This document shows, piece by piece, positions 51,701 to 64,000 of a stretch of DNA of 64,000 nucleotides. The first letter of the stretch is position 1, and every line of letters starts with the position of its first letter. The notes under the pieces are model-generated. The model saw only the letters and a program-made list of their open reading frames with translations. It did not search any database and was not told the origin of the DNA. Source of the DNA: Tubulanus polymorphus (taxonomy: Eukaryota > Animalia > Nemertea). Where the stretch lies: NCBI RefSeq assembly GCF_964204645.1, contig NC_134029.1, positions 7,776,850 through 7,840,849 on the forward strand, read 5' to 3'. A program made the position numbers and the translations under genes.

Positions 51701-54700
51701 GATAAGCCACACTGCTTACATGCGTTGAATGGAATAACTTGCCGTACTTAGAGTCTGGTCTTAGATTAGATTTCAGCTAACATTTTCAGCCTGATCTTTG
51801 TGAGCTAAGACTGGTCTTTGTTTTTTTGAAATTGTGAGTCGGGAATATCCGTATAATGTAAAAGGTATCCACAAAAGTTGTGAACAGTCGTGACCAGAAC
51901 AGTTTTAAGGACATAAATGAAATATATATCTGTCATATTATTGGCCATCGAGTTGCATTCAACGGTGTCTTTTAATTCAGATAGCGGCTGACGGCATCAG
52001 TACGACGCGCTAAGTTGATTCTAAAACGCTTTAGAGTCCATGGTTAAGTTAAGTTTTTTTATTCATCAAATCAAATGACATGATTGCCAATGAAACAAAG
52101 AATCAGCCTTGGGCCGAACCCCCATGAAAAGACAGGCTGGTGACAATGGTTCATTAGTAGGTACAGACAGTGTTGTTGAATACAGTTTATAAATGATGCG
52201 TGCGATTAGTACTCGATGTAAATCCTACGAGAGTAACATCTTTAGTGCTTATGACGTCACACTAATCCAGGCGGAGCGTGTTCAATTTACGGCGTATGAT
52301 ATTGGTATTCGTCGAACGGCCGTATAGTCTGATCATGCGTGTGGACGTACGTCGTCCATGGTCTGGTCGTCAGTCGTGTAATTACGGGTTTAGGAAAGAA
52401 AGATGGACAAATATATTTCATCTCTAAGTCGAGGGCAACTTTGTCAACACGACTAGTCACCTGCGTCTTAGCGCGATTAAATAGGCCTATACACTTAAGG
52501 CGTAAGCCACTCTCGATGCGCTGTTCTGACAATATTTCGATCCCACAGATGATATCACATTTTTATGTTGGCTTATAAAGCTGCAAATATTGTTAATCCT
52601 GATAATTGAACTGATGGTAATTCGTGTGTAAGGTAGTCGGCAATTTCCTGCTCGTAAATGCAAATGGTTTCTATTTGCAGCTCAGTCTGACCATAAACCC
52701 GGGCTTTATACGTTCGATCGAGGCGATTAAAAACGACGAAAAAAAATCGAGGAAGTGGATGAACACCGGGTTGGAAACGTAAGATACGTGCATCGACTGC
52801 GAACTGGCTGTTTGTCAGTTGGGATTTATGGCCCAGCACACAGACGTCAGCCGTATCATTGTCACACGCAGTCCGGAATGCCACACGCTTCGATAAAGTG
52901 CACATCGTTCATAAAACAGACTCGCTCGCCCCCGAATGCCACATATAGAAAAAGAATTAATAAGAGCGCAGCAACTAAAAAATAAACGAACACAATATGT
53001 AGTCGTGTCGCATTTTGTAGAAGTTTGCATTGTATGTAGATCGTCGTAATTGTTCACTTCTGTCCATAACCAAGAGACAAGTGGTACTTAATAAGTGGGA
53101 GAAGAAAACTGCTACCTACATACACCGTGTCCCAAAAATGGTTCCTCAAATTTGAATTGCCAAATCATCATAGTAGATGTAAACTTTCATTTTATATCAT
53201 CCTTCTTGGTTGATATTCGACTCAAATATTGGAAACGAATTTATTTCAAACACCGAGTCAAATTCAATTTATGGAACTTGACTAGAAATTTGGCATATCG
53301 ACGACACAGATTATTCTTTTTTCTTTTGTAACTGCTTAATTGATAGATACTGGTTCAATAAGGAGGAAAAAATTTTCGAAACCAACTATCATATCATATC
53401 ATATAATAAAGGACTATGGGTCCAGTAGGATCACCTGAGTACATTTTAGTTTTGAGCACAAAAATCGATTTGTTCGAAAGATGAAATCATGGTGCACTGT
53501 GTAGTAAGTTTGATGATATACAAGGTAATGTGTTTTCCCTATGAGTCACAACTACATGGTAGAACAGTTCTTGATAGTGATGTCACTGGGAAAGCCTTTC
53601 TAGAGGGATTTCTGAAAGGCTTTCCCTGTGATGTCATGAAACAAGGTCAAGCATCGATTAGTAGAATGGGGAAAAGTTCATTGAAATCTTTCACATTTTC
53701 TCCCAGCACTTCCAAACGGCTTAGAGCTGATAGACGAACACAGTTGATCCTAAAAATGTGAGAAATCCAGTATAACTCCTGAGTAAGAGAGACCCATAAA
53801 ATGATACGAAGCGCGGCACCGGCTACGCTAATCGAAACCTCCAACCTTTTGCTATCAGCGAATCACTTGCATCGGGTTTATGAATTTGCATACGACCCCG
53901 ATACTGACTAAGATACAAACGGCGGTAATGCACGGGCAGATAAAATTGATCGCAACGCAATGACCCAACGATGGACATAGAAGGTGAATTACGCTCGCAT
54001 TTAGTAACCTTTAAGTTCCGCGGAACGTCTGTGTACCATTGCTTATCTAGTACTCTAGAATTAGTGGTAATGATTGATTTACTTCCAGTTTATAATGCAG
54101 AATGATTAATTAATCGTTGGAACAAACGTTTATTAATCCGCCGTTTGTGCTGCACATCGTTGTCGGTTATGACTCGACCATTAGCTTTGATTATGTCTAT
54201 GAATCTATCGTGTATGAACGTACCGAATAAAGCTTTGTTTCAAGTAGTTTATAACTATCCAAGCGATGCTACAACGCTCCCGATTCTTATATACCCCTTG
54301 TCTCAGTTATTCCTACACCTGAAGACGGTGGTGCCACTCCATCAGAAAATCGCACCACTGCCATTCAGCACTGTCAACTGGTATATAGCCTATAATGGGT
54401 AACCCGCAACACCAGCTATCTCACCAGATGGCGTGAAGAACACTCGGTCAGTTAAAATCTTTTTATTTTTCTCTCGATATGTAAACATTTATGTAAACGA
54501 AATCATATTTTTCCCTCCGTACCATGGAAATCGTTGGAGAGTAATAAAATAATCTTATCTTATTATCTTATCTCATCTGACGTTATCAATATAAGTTAAT
54601 TTTTAATGAACCTCGAACTCTATTTTAGGCGCCCGTATCTATATTATCACAGGACCAACCAAATATGCAATAAACTCATTTTCTACTCAGATATCAGTAA

Positions 54701-56782
54701 AGTTTTTATAAATGATTCATTCATTTAAGAGGAAGTTCATTCAGTTTTAATTGAAATGTAGAAAAAATCGGGAAGACAGGTGGATGACCTTGTGCATACT
54801 CGCCTGCCATATGTGGAATCCTCGATTGCCACAGTAGCGGTGCGCTGCCACATTGTATTCTAGCACGGGCGTCAAATACTTTTTTTAATTGTCACTGTGA
54901 AGGTTACATCAACGGGAGAGGAAGCGGTCTCCTACTGCGGCGGTTGGATCTCCGACTCCTTTGTTATTTCTTACAAGATATTATCTTCCGATATACGTCA
55001 TGTAGACTCGAAAAAATAAGTCCTACTTCCTTGTTAATGAATACTTATCATCATAACGGTACATCTATTGATTAATTAAATAGAAAGCCGAGGTTTGGCC
55101 TTTTTTAATTACTTTGAGAACGGATTTTTTCATGAAAAATTGGAAGGGGAAATATTTATCATTGGCGTTTTAAAATGGAATGGAACAGGAAAAAATTGAA
55201 ATAAATTTTCTTTAAATATTTGAGCATTTTCCACATTGCTAAAACCTCGGAAGGACTGCAGAAAAAATCTTTGAAAGGAGTAAAAATATGATGAATGGTG
55301 GGAGAATTGAAAAAAACTTTTTGCAAATCACAATATTGAAAATTGAGATGAACATCACCTTAGCAAATTACTAGATTGAAAATCAAGAATGACGTAACAA
55401 AACAGAATTTACTGAAAAATTGCGATGAAAACATGGTGGACTAAAAAGAATTTGGTGTTTTTTTTGCAGAATTCTGGGAGGTGGATTTGTACACCAAGTA
55501 ATTCGTATATTCATTTCGGGATGACCCCTGAAACCACATAAAACGGTTTCAATTCAAGTCTCCTTCAAATCACAGTGGCCTTGCTACTGTTTGGTAAGTA
55601 AAATGAAACGTGGTGTTTCGACAATCTTGAAATTACTGCTAAAGCCACTTGTTGCGCGGAATTCCCCAAATTCCCCAAATTGACTTGTTTAATTATTCAA
55701 CGTTAACAACCGAGTACCGACTGCATTGAATGTGCATCCGTAGTAAATGGCGTAAGTATAAATTATGCAAATGTTTGGAAATAATTCGAAGAATGTCTGC
55801 ATTGGCGTGCCTATCGATCATTTACTTCTTCTTGCTAGAGACCGAGAGAGCAGCGAGATTTTTTGTTGCCGACATTGTATAATCTATAATTTACTCCGAA
55901 GAACGGATGATCCGATGCTTACACAGATACGTATGATATTACCGATTGGATCCGCAGAAATACATCGTACACACTTGATGTTCAAGAGAAAGGGAAGAAG
56001 TTAACAAACACGTAGCGATAAGAGAGGTTATTATCGGTGGCGATCGATCAGAAAACGCGTGGACACCTGGACAGCAATCAAGTCCACCAAAAACAGTAAC
56101 AAAATATGTGCGCAATGTGACTGTTCGAAGTCTAAATAAACTGGTCGAAGTTACTAACCTATCAATATACCCTTTAGTTCAATGGTTTCTAGCCTCCATC
56201 ACGGATGTCTCCTGGGAATTCATCAAGAACCTTAGGGTCCGATTTACTACACTACACTAGGATGGCAGAGCGACGGAGATCTCTGTTGAGACAACCACTC
56301 TGCCGGGACTGGGTGAACCTGGGAAAATCCTTTAGGAAAAAATCAGACTTTGATCTCATGTCGGGCAATATTTAGAATTACGGGAGTGTCTTCTTGGGGA
56401 TATCATTTTCGAAAAATGAAAGTTCGATTTTTGTAGATATATCTTTATAACACAAAATCATTTAGGGCGTTATACGTATCCGTTGAAGACTCGAAAAAGA
56501 GTTCACGACAAACTGATCAAAGACGTAAGATTTGTTGTAGTATAAACGATCACTGGCAAGGTTTCCCACACTAAGCCGATGGAAAAATTCACAGTAGTTG
56601 TATTAACCCTAAGCGGAGACGACGAGAAAAAGCAATTTTTCGGTTTATGGTGCCAGTTCAAAGAGATTTAGCCTGCTCATAATTTCGGCCGATAGTAGGC
56701 CTAGTTGATATCAATACTGATGTTACCAATAAAGTGATCAAAAGCTTTATTAAAGACTGTCTTCTAAGATCATCCTCGCTTG

Positions 56783-57099
56783 CCAGGGTTTGATTGCCTC
56801 CCGCCGACGCCCACGCCAACACAAATCCTGGCCGCACACCCTTCATCGGTCTATTTATTACACTGCCCAAGATTTCTTGGGCGGACAGTTTGCTACTAAG
56901 CGACCACGGGGTCTATGTATTAAGCCAATCGGATGCGTTGTTTTCTACGGACAGTTTCGCTACGCATCTGATTGGCTAGATAAATTGACTGGTGGCCGCT
57001 TAGCGGTAACCTGTCTGCCCAAGAAATTTCGGGCTAATATGCCAATGCGGCCAGGGTTTGTGTTGACGCGAGCTTCGTCGGAAGGCAATCAAACCCTGG
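56783..57099. mobile_element. MITE, ~317 bp
   Basis: ~55-bp imperfect TIRs CCAGGGTTTGATTGCCT...AACACAAATCCTGGCCGCA / TGCGGCCAGGGTTTGTGTT...AGGCAATCAAACCCTGG. Confidence 0.8.
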
Positions 57100-57811
57100 T
57101 CTAAGATAAGATTTCTAAACTGTGCACGTTCATTTCTGATAACTCAATCCGTTTTAGCTCGGCATTTTCTGTATTAGTACTCGTATTGAAAACATGACAA
57201 TGCATGATAATATCGGCTGACGGAGCGCTGCCTCGAACGATCCAACACTTAAGCACGAATCGGTCTTCTTTCTTAATCAAAGCATAGAAAAATGAGAAAA
57301 CGAATGAAACAACAAAAACCGCCCATCAGATTCGCATCGCGTTAGATAAGAACCTCGTGCGCAAACTCGGGAGTACAAATTTCATCCGGAATGTGATTGA
57401 GACTGCGACACGACAAAAGATACGCCGTGATTCCGAGAAACTGAGAAAGGCTTCTAATCCCAACATAAAACAGACTTCATTCTGTTCCTTTGAAACGAGC
57501 TTTCTTCATCCCTCGAGGGGGTCGACTACTGATACAACCAATACAATCTCTGATCGAGTGATAGTTTTTATGATATGACGGCGACACGCGTTGCTAGTTC
57601 GGCGGAGGGAGCCGTAAATAAAACCAATTTCGAAAACTGCAGCAAAAAAGATTGTGTAAAGCTGATTACAGGCAACTCGTCTTGTACGGCTGCAATTTAG
57701 GATATACACAAGCGCAGAAATATAATCGCCAAACACAAAATTGTCGCGATTTTTTTTCCGGCGGCTCATATGATGCAGCTACACCAAAAATAATTCAAGG
57801 AATATATATAA

Positions 57812-57914
<103 letters not shown>

Positions 57915-59466
57915 AAATTATTATATATAGCTGCATTTTGATCTAGATCAAAACTTTATCAGCGATATTGAAAGCACCTCAGTTGATAAGTGATGTTACA
58001 CTAGGCCTACCATGGATTCGAATCTTTAACTCAGTTAATTCGCGATAAAGAACCGGCGTTACCGATTTTCGATAGACTATACATGTACAAATAGTTTGAA
58101 CTTTAGACAACCCTTGACAAAAAGTTTAGTGAACTAGCCTACTAATAGTCAATAGGAGTTTACTTCTTTGGGTTTAGGTTTGTATTGGCCTATTAGGAAA
58201 CCAGCCGTCAATGAACGACTAAACCAGCTAACAAAATATACCGTGACAAGTACGTACGAGTACCCTATCGATGATACATTTTTACCAAAATTCATTTTGA
58301 AAAAGACTACTGATCCGATTAGAGTCCTATTAGGTCGAGGAAAATCTAGATTGCATGCAAGATCATTAATTTTTCGACGTAGAAATTTATATTGGCGTTT
58401 GCATTCAAAATCGCTGCAATACAACGAATTTGCGATTCATTTCAATCAATATTCGATTTTCTGACACCGGTTTCGAATGAATTCATCGATCGGTTTATCT
58501 ATCGACGCATTTATCTACAGAAAACTTCAAACCAAAAATAGCACGGCTGTTGCACGGGTTAACACGCCTATAAATTAGCATGTGGTGGACGGTGAAAAAA
58601 ATGGCACACTTATTAAGTCTTTTTTAGTTTTTTTTTAGTCCTCCTTCGTGTTTTCATCACATCACAATTTTTCAATTGCAAATGAAATTTATTGATATAT
58701 AAGAATATTAATCTTTTTACATGTCCGCCTAGGTTTACAATCTTGTCAAAGTTATGTTCATCTAAATTTTCGATCTTATGATTTGTTAAAAAATTATTTA
58801 CATCATATCTCCTATCATTTGAATCAAATTCATCTCGATTTTATCTGCAGTCCTTCCGAGGTTTTATGTGGAAAGTAGGCTTTTCAAATAATAACAAACT
58901 TTAGTTTTTATATTTCTCCCTGTCCTTTCCATTCTAAAACGCCTGTTATAAAGTTTTCTTTTTTCAGTACCACTTAAAAACATACAAATACAATGTTGCT
59001 TTTGAAGAACTTGTTCGCTAGTCAAGCTGTATAAAATGTGTGGATCGGGTATTTCATATTCCAGCCTACTTTGCGCGTAATGATTTCGATCAGAACAGAC
59101 ACCATAATCTATTTATTCCCCCGGATCGAATCACATGGGACGTTTACCCCCGTCCCTAAATTTCAGTTTCTCCTCGCGATGCTATTTCGGGTCCTGATCG
59201 ATTATTACGACGTGTGGTGCGTGTAGCGTCTTGTACTACTCACTGTGCATGCATCGTTCGCCCCCGCTGATCACGATTTCTTATATAAGCGGTCGATATT
59301 GTCTCTCCATTTTATCAATGTTTCAACAGAATAACATAATTTTGCAATTAATCTTGTCAAGCATATGAATCGAGAGGAGCTCAGCAGACAAATCAGCACA
59401 ATGGCCTATACTCATCTTTGAAAAATAACTAGCCTATTCAAAATCAAAATCTCGTGACAATCGATT

Positions 59467-59775
59467 GGGTCAGGGATTCGAACCTGATAGCATCGAGACT
59501 CGCCACGGGACGAAACCCTACCACGTGCGACGCTACATTCGCAGCTTAGCTGTCAGTGTAGCCAATCGGATATCCCGTTTCATTTTGGTCCGGGTTTTTC
59601 CATTTATAGTTTATCCGTTTACTTTGCCTCAGCGTTTATACAACGGGCAATCTGTTTTGCCGCAAGTTTTCTTGCGGTAAACATGCGCATGTACCTGCGC
59701 ACCCGGTCTAGTGTGGCAGGGTTTCGCGCATTGGCTGAGTTTAGCGATGCCATCAGGTTCGAATCCCTGCCGGGG
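59467..59775. repeat. Inverted pair of tRNA-derived SINE-like heads
   Basis: GGGATTCGAACCTGATAGCATCG...GAAACCCTACCAC is inverted relative to GTGGCAGGGTTTC...CGATGCCATCAGGTTCGAATCCC. Each carries the B-box GGTTCGAATCC. Confidence 0.55.
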
Positions 59776-62700
59776 TATGATGTCGTTCGATATGCTCAAA
59801 AGAATAGGTCAACTCGCGTATAGGGTCAGAGAACGATGTACCGAGACGAGTGTGGCTGATTATGACCGCTTTTCGTGTCGGGACTAGCTAACTCATTTAA
59901 TTGAGAGGAGAGCCAGCCAAGACAATAATTATATATTTACTGTTGCGCATAAGACGGGTCGGGGTCACCTGGCTCAAATCAGTGACATCGAAGAGGTGTG
60001 ATATTTCGTCGAAGCCGGCAACCAAAGCAAGGATAGGCCTTGGATTGCTGTCAATTGTGATTCGCGAGACTGCAGGAATTGTAAATTTATTCAAATTTAT
60101 TGAATTTCGATCGTGTCACTGCGTAATTCAGTAGCATTAAAAACGAGGCATTTTCTATGTCGAAGATCGATAATGAACTGTTCCGCTAAAAGTAAAATAC
60201 ATTCACCCTTCGTGCATCTATTTCGATTGACATAAGCTATATACATATCGTTATGAATGGCATCGACGGTGATTTCGAGGCATTAGAAGTTGATCACAAA
60301 TTGCATTGACATCCTGTTTGGTATGATATTTTACATGGTAGGTAGGCCTATGTCATGGTACGCGTGGATGGTACAATATGGAAGCCTATCATGTTCTACC
60401 CTTATTTGATTATACGCAATGAACTTGCATTAAAAATATCTTTAACGTCGACGAACAAAAAAATTGCCTCAGACGGATTCGAAAGGTTTTGAAATCTTAA
60501 GAAGAAAATCCATGGGGCACGGATGGATGTACATGTGTATAATAACATGGGTCGACTATTCTCCGTGAAAATATTCATATATATTACGTGGTTTATGCAT
60601 ACGTCCGGTAATGTATATGTATATAGAGTACAGAACATACAGCGAGGATGGAAATGGATTGGCGGTGATATCGAAGTAACTGGAGCAGAATATATGCATG
60701 AATGAGTTGGTGAACTAATAAATGCTGCTTGGTTTAATTCTCGGTAAACGGGGGACTAAGCGCCGGTATTCGATTCTGTTCGTAATCTGTAGTAGGCCTA
60801 CATCATCGGCGTGGCGAGATGATCAGTGTGGTATCATCCAACTCCGTGGAGAATTATCAATTTCTGCCATTGCCAATATATACATGTTATGTTGTACAAA
60901 CTATATACCGATCGACAGTTTCCGATCAGTTCGATTCGAATCGAATTCAAGAATTCAAATCTCGTCCTTCCACACAGTCAATTTTGCTATGAGACTCTAC
61001 ACAGCCTAGTTTATTTTCCTATCATAACCCAGACTACAGGTCAACCAAACGCAATGTCCAATATCTAGTAATATTTCACCGGAAGAGAGGGTGGGCAGAA
61101 AGACTCATCGGGAGATGTAAAACTCCATAAAAGGCCAAATGTATCACCTTCATACACAATATTTGTTGAAGTCTAGAGCAAAGCCAGGAAATGCGAGTCG
61201 GGTTAAATTGTGTGGTTTAGTAAATTATCGTATGGTGAACCTATACGACGAGATAATTGCGCAATTTCCACATCAGATACAAATCAGGAAGCGAATATCG
61301 CTCCGTCTTATCAACAACAACAGGAATGCAGACGTTTTGTCAGTAACGAAATGACAGCGAGGCCGGGCGACAAATGAAACCGGAAACGAAGAATCCGACG
61401 TTTTAATTACACCCGTATCGACATCGACGAGAAATTTGCGGCAATTTCCAGTCTTGCTTTCCCTTGCTTCGTGATCTATTCCGTCGAGGAACCCGCTCGA
61501 CCCCGCGAGGAACTCCGTGAACTATATCGGCGATGGCCTTACAAAAGACATTCAAACGGGCACTGGAAAATTCTCGAAATTCTCCCGATTCAAGCTCCGT
61601 AATTCAGCTATTTGATCAGAGTACACGAACATAACAGAATGATTCCCTTCTCTTTACGTATTCGGATCAGGAGGGTTCAACAGCCGGCGGCCGAGCTTAG
61701 CAATGTTTTAGGCAGCGTGTCTACGTCACCGAATCGCCGTGCGCATGAATAGGTTATGCACCCTCTTATTCGATGTCGGTGCCCTTCTCCTACACGAGCT
61801 GTTTGGAAAGAAATGTCAATAGAATTTTCGCGGTGTCATGTTTGCACGAACGTATCATAAACGGATTCTTCAATCACGAAGACAGAAGTTGCAAACACAC
61901 ATGTAAGCGCGTTGGTCGACATTATTAAAAGTTAATAAGCAACGCAAAACTCAGATACAACAATATATCAGTAGCCAAAGCCTATTGCGTGTTACTAATT
62001 ACTTTTCAGACACCAAACGTATTGAGGAAGAATGTGCAACCATTTCGGAAATTAACGTGTGCTCAGAGAAGCTTTAGTTGTCCTAGCTACGTGTATTTAA
62101 CGTATCGACCACAGTTTGATTTCCTTGCCACACGATGGAGATACACAGTTCGATTTCTCTAACCAGGCAACACACACAACGTAAATATATCATACATAGT
62201 TGAAGCTTGGTATTTATCGCCAGACAAGAGCTGCCCGGATTATAAAGTAAACCGTAATTAAGTTATTCGGCTAACTGAAGTTTGAGACTGATTACGAAAC
62301 GTGTATAGGTTTATAACCGCCGAATAAGGTGAAACATATAAGAAAATATTCGATGAACTCCCATTGCCTTCAGAAATTTCAACAATTTTGGCTGATTGGC
62401 ATACGATATTTGACAGGCCCGGTTGACGTCAACAGACATTACACTGATCAAGACCATTCCCATAAATCTCAACAAGTTTGAACTGAAATTGCTCCCAATC
62501 AAAATGCAGTAGGACCGGAAGTTTGTGACGAAGTGATTAGTCTCGGCAATTCGTTGTTTGGATAATCATCAAAAATAGATTTAATAAGAATATTCCACGC
62601 AGATTTTGATATGAGGTTTATTTCGATTCAAATAGTGGCTGATAGATATAGGCGGTGTAATGCGTATTCGAAGAGTTATCGGCATGGAATTTGTTCCGTT

Positions 62701-64000
62701 GGAAAAAGTCGCAATAGTTCTTTCTCCCACACGATCGATGCGATAAAGGGCTTTTTAAAAGCCGAGCAGAACGAGCGAAAGAAGACACGAACACTCCAGC
62801 GCATGTTTAAGATTCCGCCCTTCGAGCTAAAATTGAATATTCATAGAACTTCTCGCGACGACTACGATTCCGACGACGCTGTGACAGAAATCTTTTCCTT
62901 GAGTTTATGTAGCTATTGGGGAATTGCGAATACAGTTTTGAGGATTTTGGTATTTGTTTGACATCTGTGCATTATATATAGGCTTATCTAGAAGTTGAAA
63001 ACGATTTATCTCAATAGCTGAACATCCACCCCCGGGTTGGGATTAGGCTATTAGCAACGAAAACCGGTTAAATTCTTCAAGTAGCTGCTGAATAGAATGA
63101 TGGTAACAGTCATAACCTGTTAATAAACCTGGCATCGAGATTGCGCAAAATTACTCCAAATTTAGAAAACTCATCCAAAATCAGCTTTTCGCCAAAGAAT
63201 CGAAAAGCGAAACGATGATAAATGAAGTAAAAGATGTCAGCTCGGGTATTTCAGGTGAATAAGTAGCTTTCGCGAGCCGCTGCGAAACAAAATGATGATT
63301 AATGATCTACACCTAAGAAACGATATTAATTACAGTAATTAATATCCTCGCGAACGAATATGCTGGGAAGAATTGAACACGAATTAACTTGACGAAGATT
63401 ATAAACCCGTGCTGTTCGCGAACGCGCATGTCAAACCCATGAAACTAATCACGCGACTTTCATAATACAAATGGCGCTTATCCTATTAGGCCTATATTGT
63501 AGTGAAAGGATTACCGTGTGTGGTACTCGCAGTTGGACTGGTTGTCGTGCGTGCTTCGTGACGGCAACTCTACAAGAATGTACAGTAGGCCTAGTCTACA
63601 GCCGAGAGAACTACCGGTACGAACAGGTGATCTGAACGACGAAAGAACGCCAGTCACGAAATATAAAATCGTTGTATCTTTCATGATTATTACCCCGTCC
63701 TCCCTCGGCAAGCATTCGAACATGATACAGAGTATATCGATGTCATTGCAGGATTTGAATCCCTACTGAGAGACAACGGGTTATGCCTTGAACAACCCAC
63801 TACATCAAATTATGTTTTCGGTATGCTTTCTTCTATGTGTGTTTTGCGGGATTAAATGTATCATATTGATTGAAATGTTATTTATCAAAAACGATGGCCT
63901 CTGGCAATCGAACTTCGTAGATAAAGCCGTTCCGCGAGGTGATAGGTATGGCATATATCCCCGCATTTGCCACATAAAATAAGAAATTCGCACACCACGA

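Overview
AT-rich eukaryotic genomic DNA, most likely from an invertebrate animal (the HCN S4-S5 junction and the repeat types look lophotrochozoan, which is an inference). It holds three protein-coding genes. (1) The last three coding exons of an SLC16/monocarboxylate-transporter-like MFS gene (+, 7375-9116), whose 5' exon(s) were not found. (2) An intronless class A peptide/orphan GPCR (-, 10960-11955). (3) Eight exons of an HCN/Ih hyperpolarization-activated cyclic-nucleotide-gated channel (-, 45754 to 16242, about 570 aa in the window), with introns up to 16.8 kb and N-terminal exons apparently beyond the window. The rest is intron or intergenic DNA rich in small non-autonomous elements. 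These include an intact 2.08-kb miniature LTR element (TG..CA ends, 4-bp TSD, tRNA-Ala-like PBS), a Helentron-associated-type element carrying a 154-bp array of CTCF-like motifs, two palindromes with Penelope-type minimal hammerhead ribozyme cores inside HCN introns, many MITEs and microsatellites. Nearly all short ORFs in the track are spurious. No CRISPR or prokaryotic system is present.
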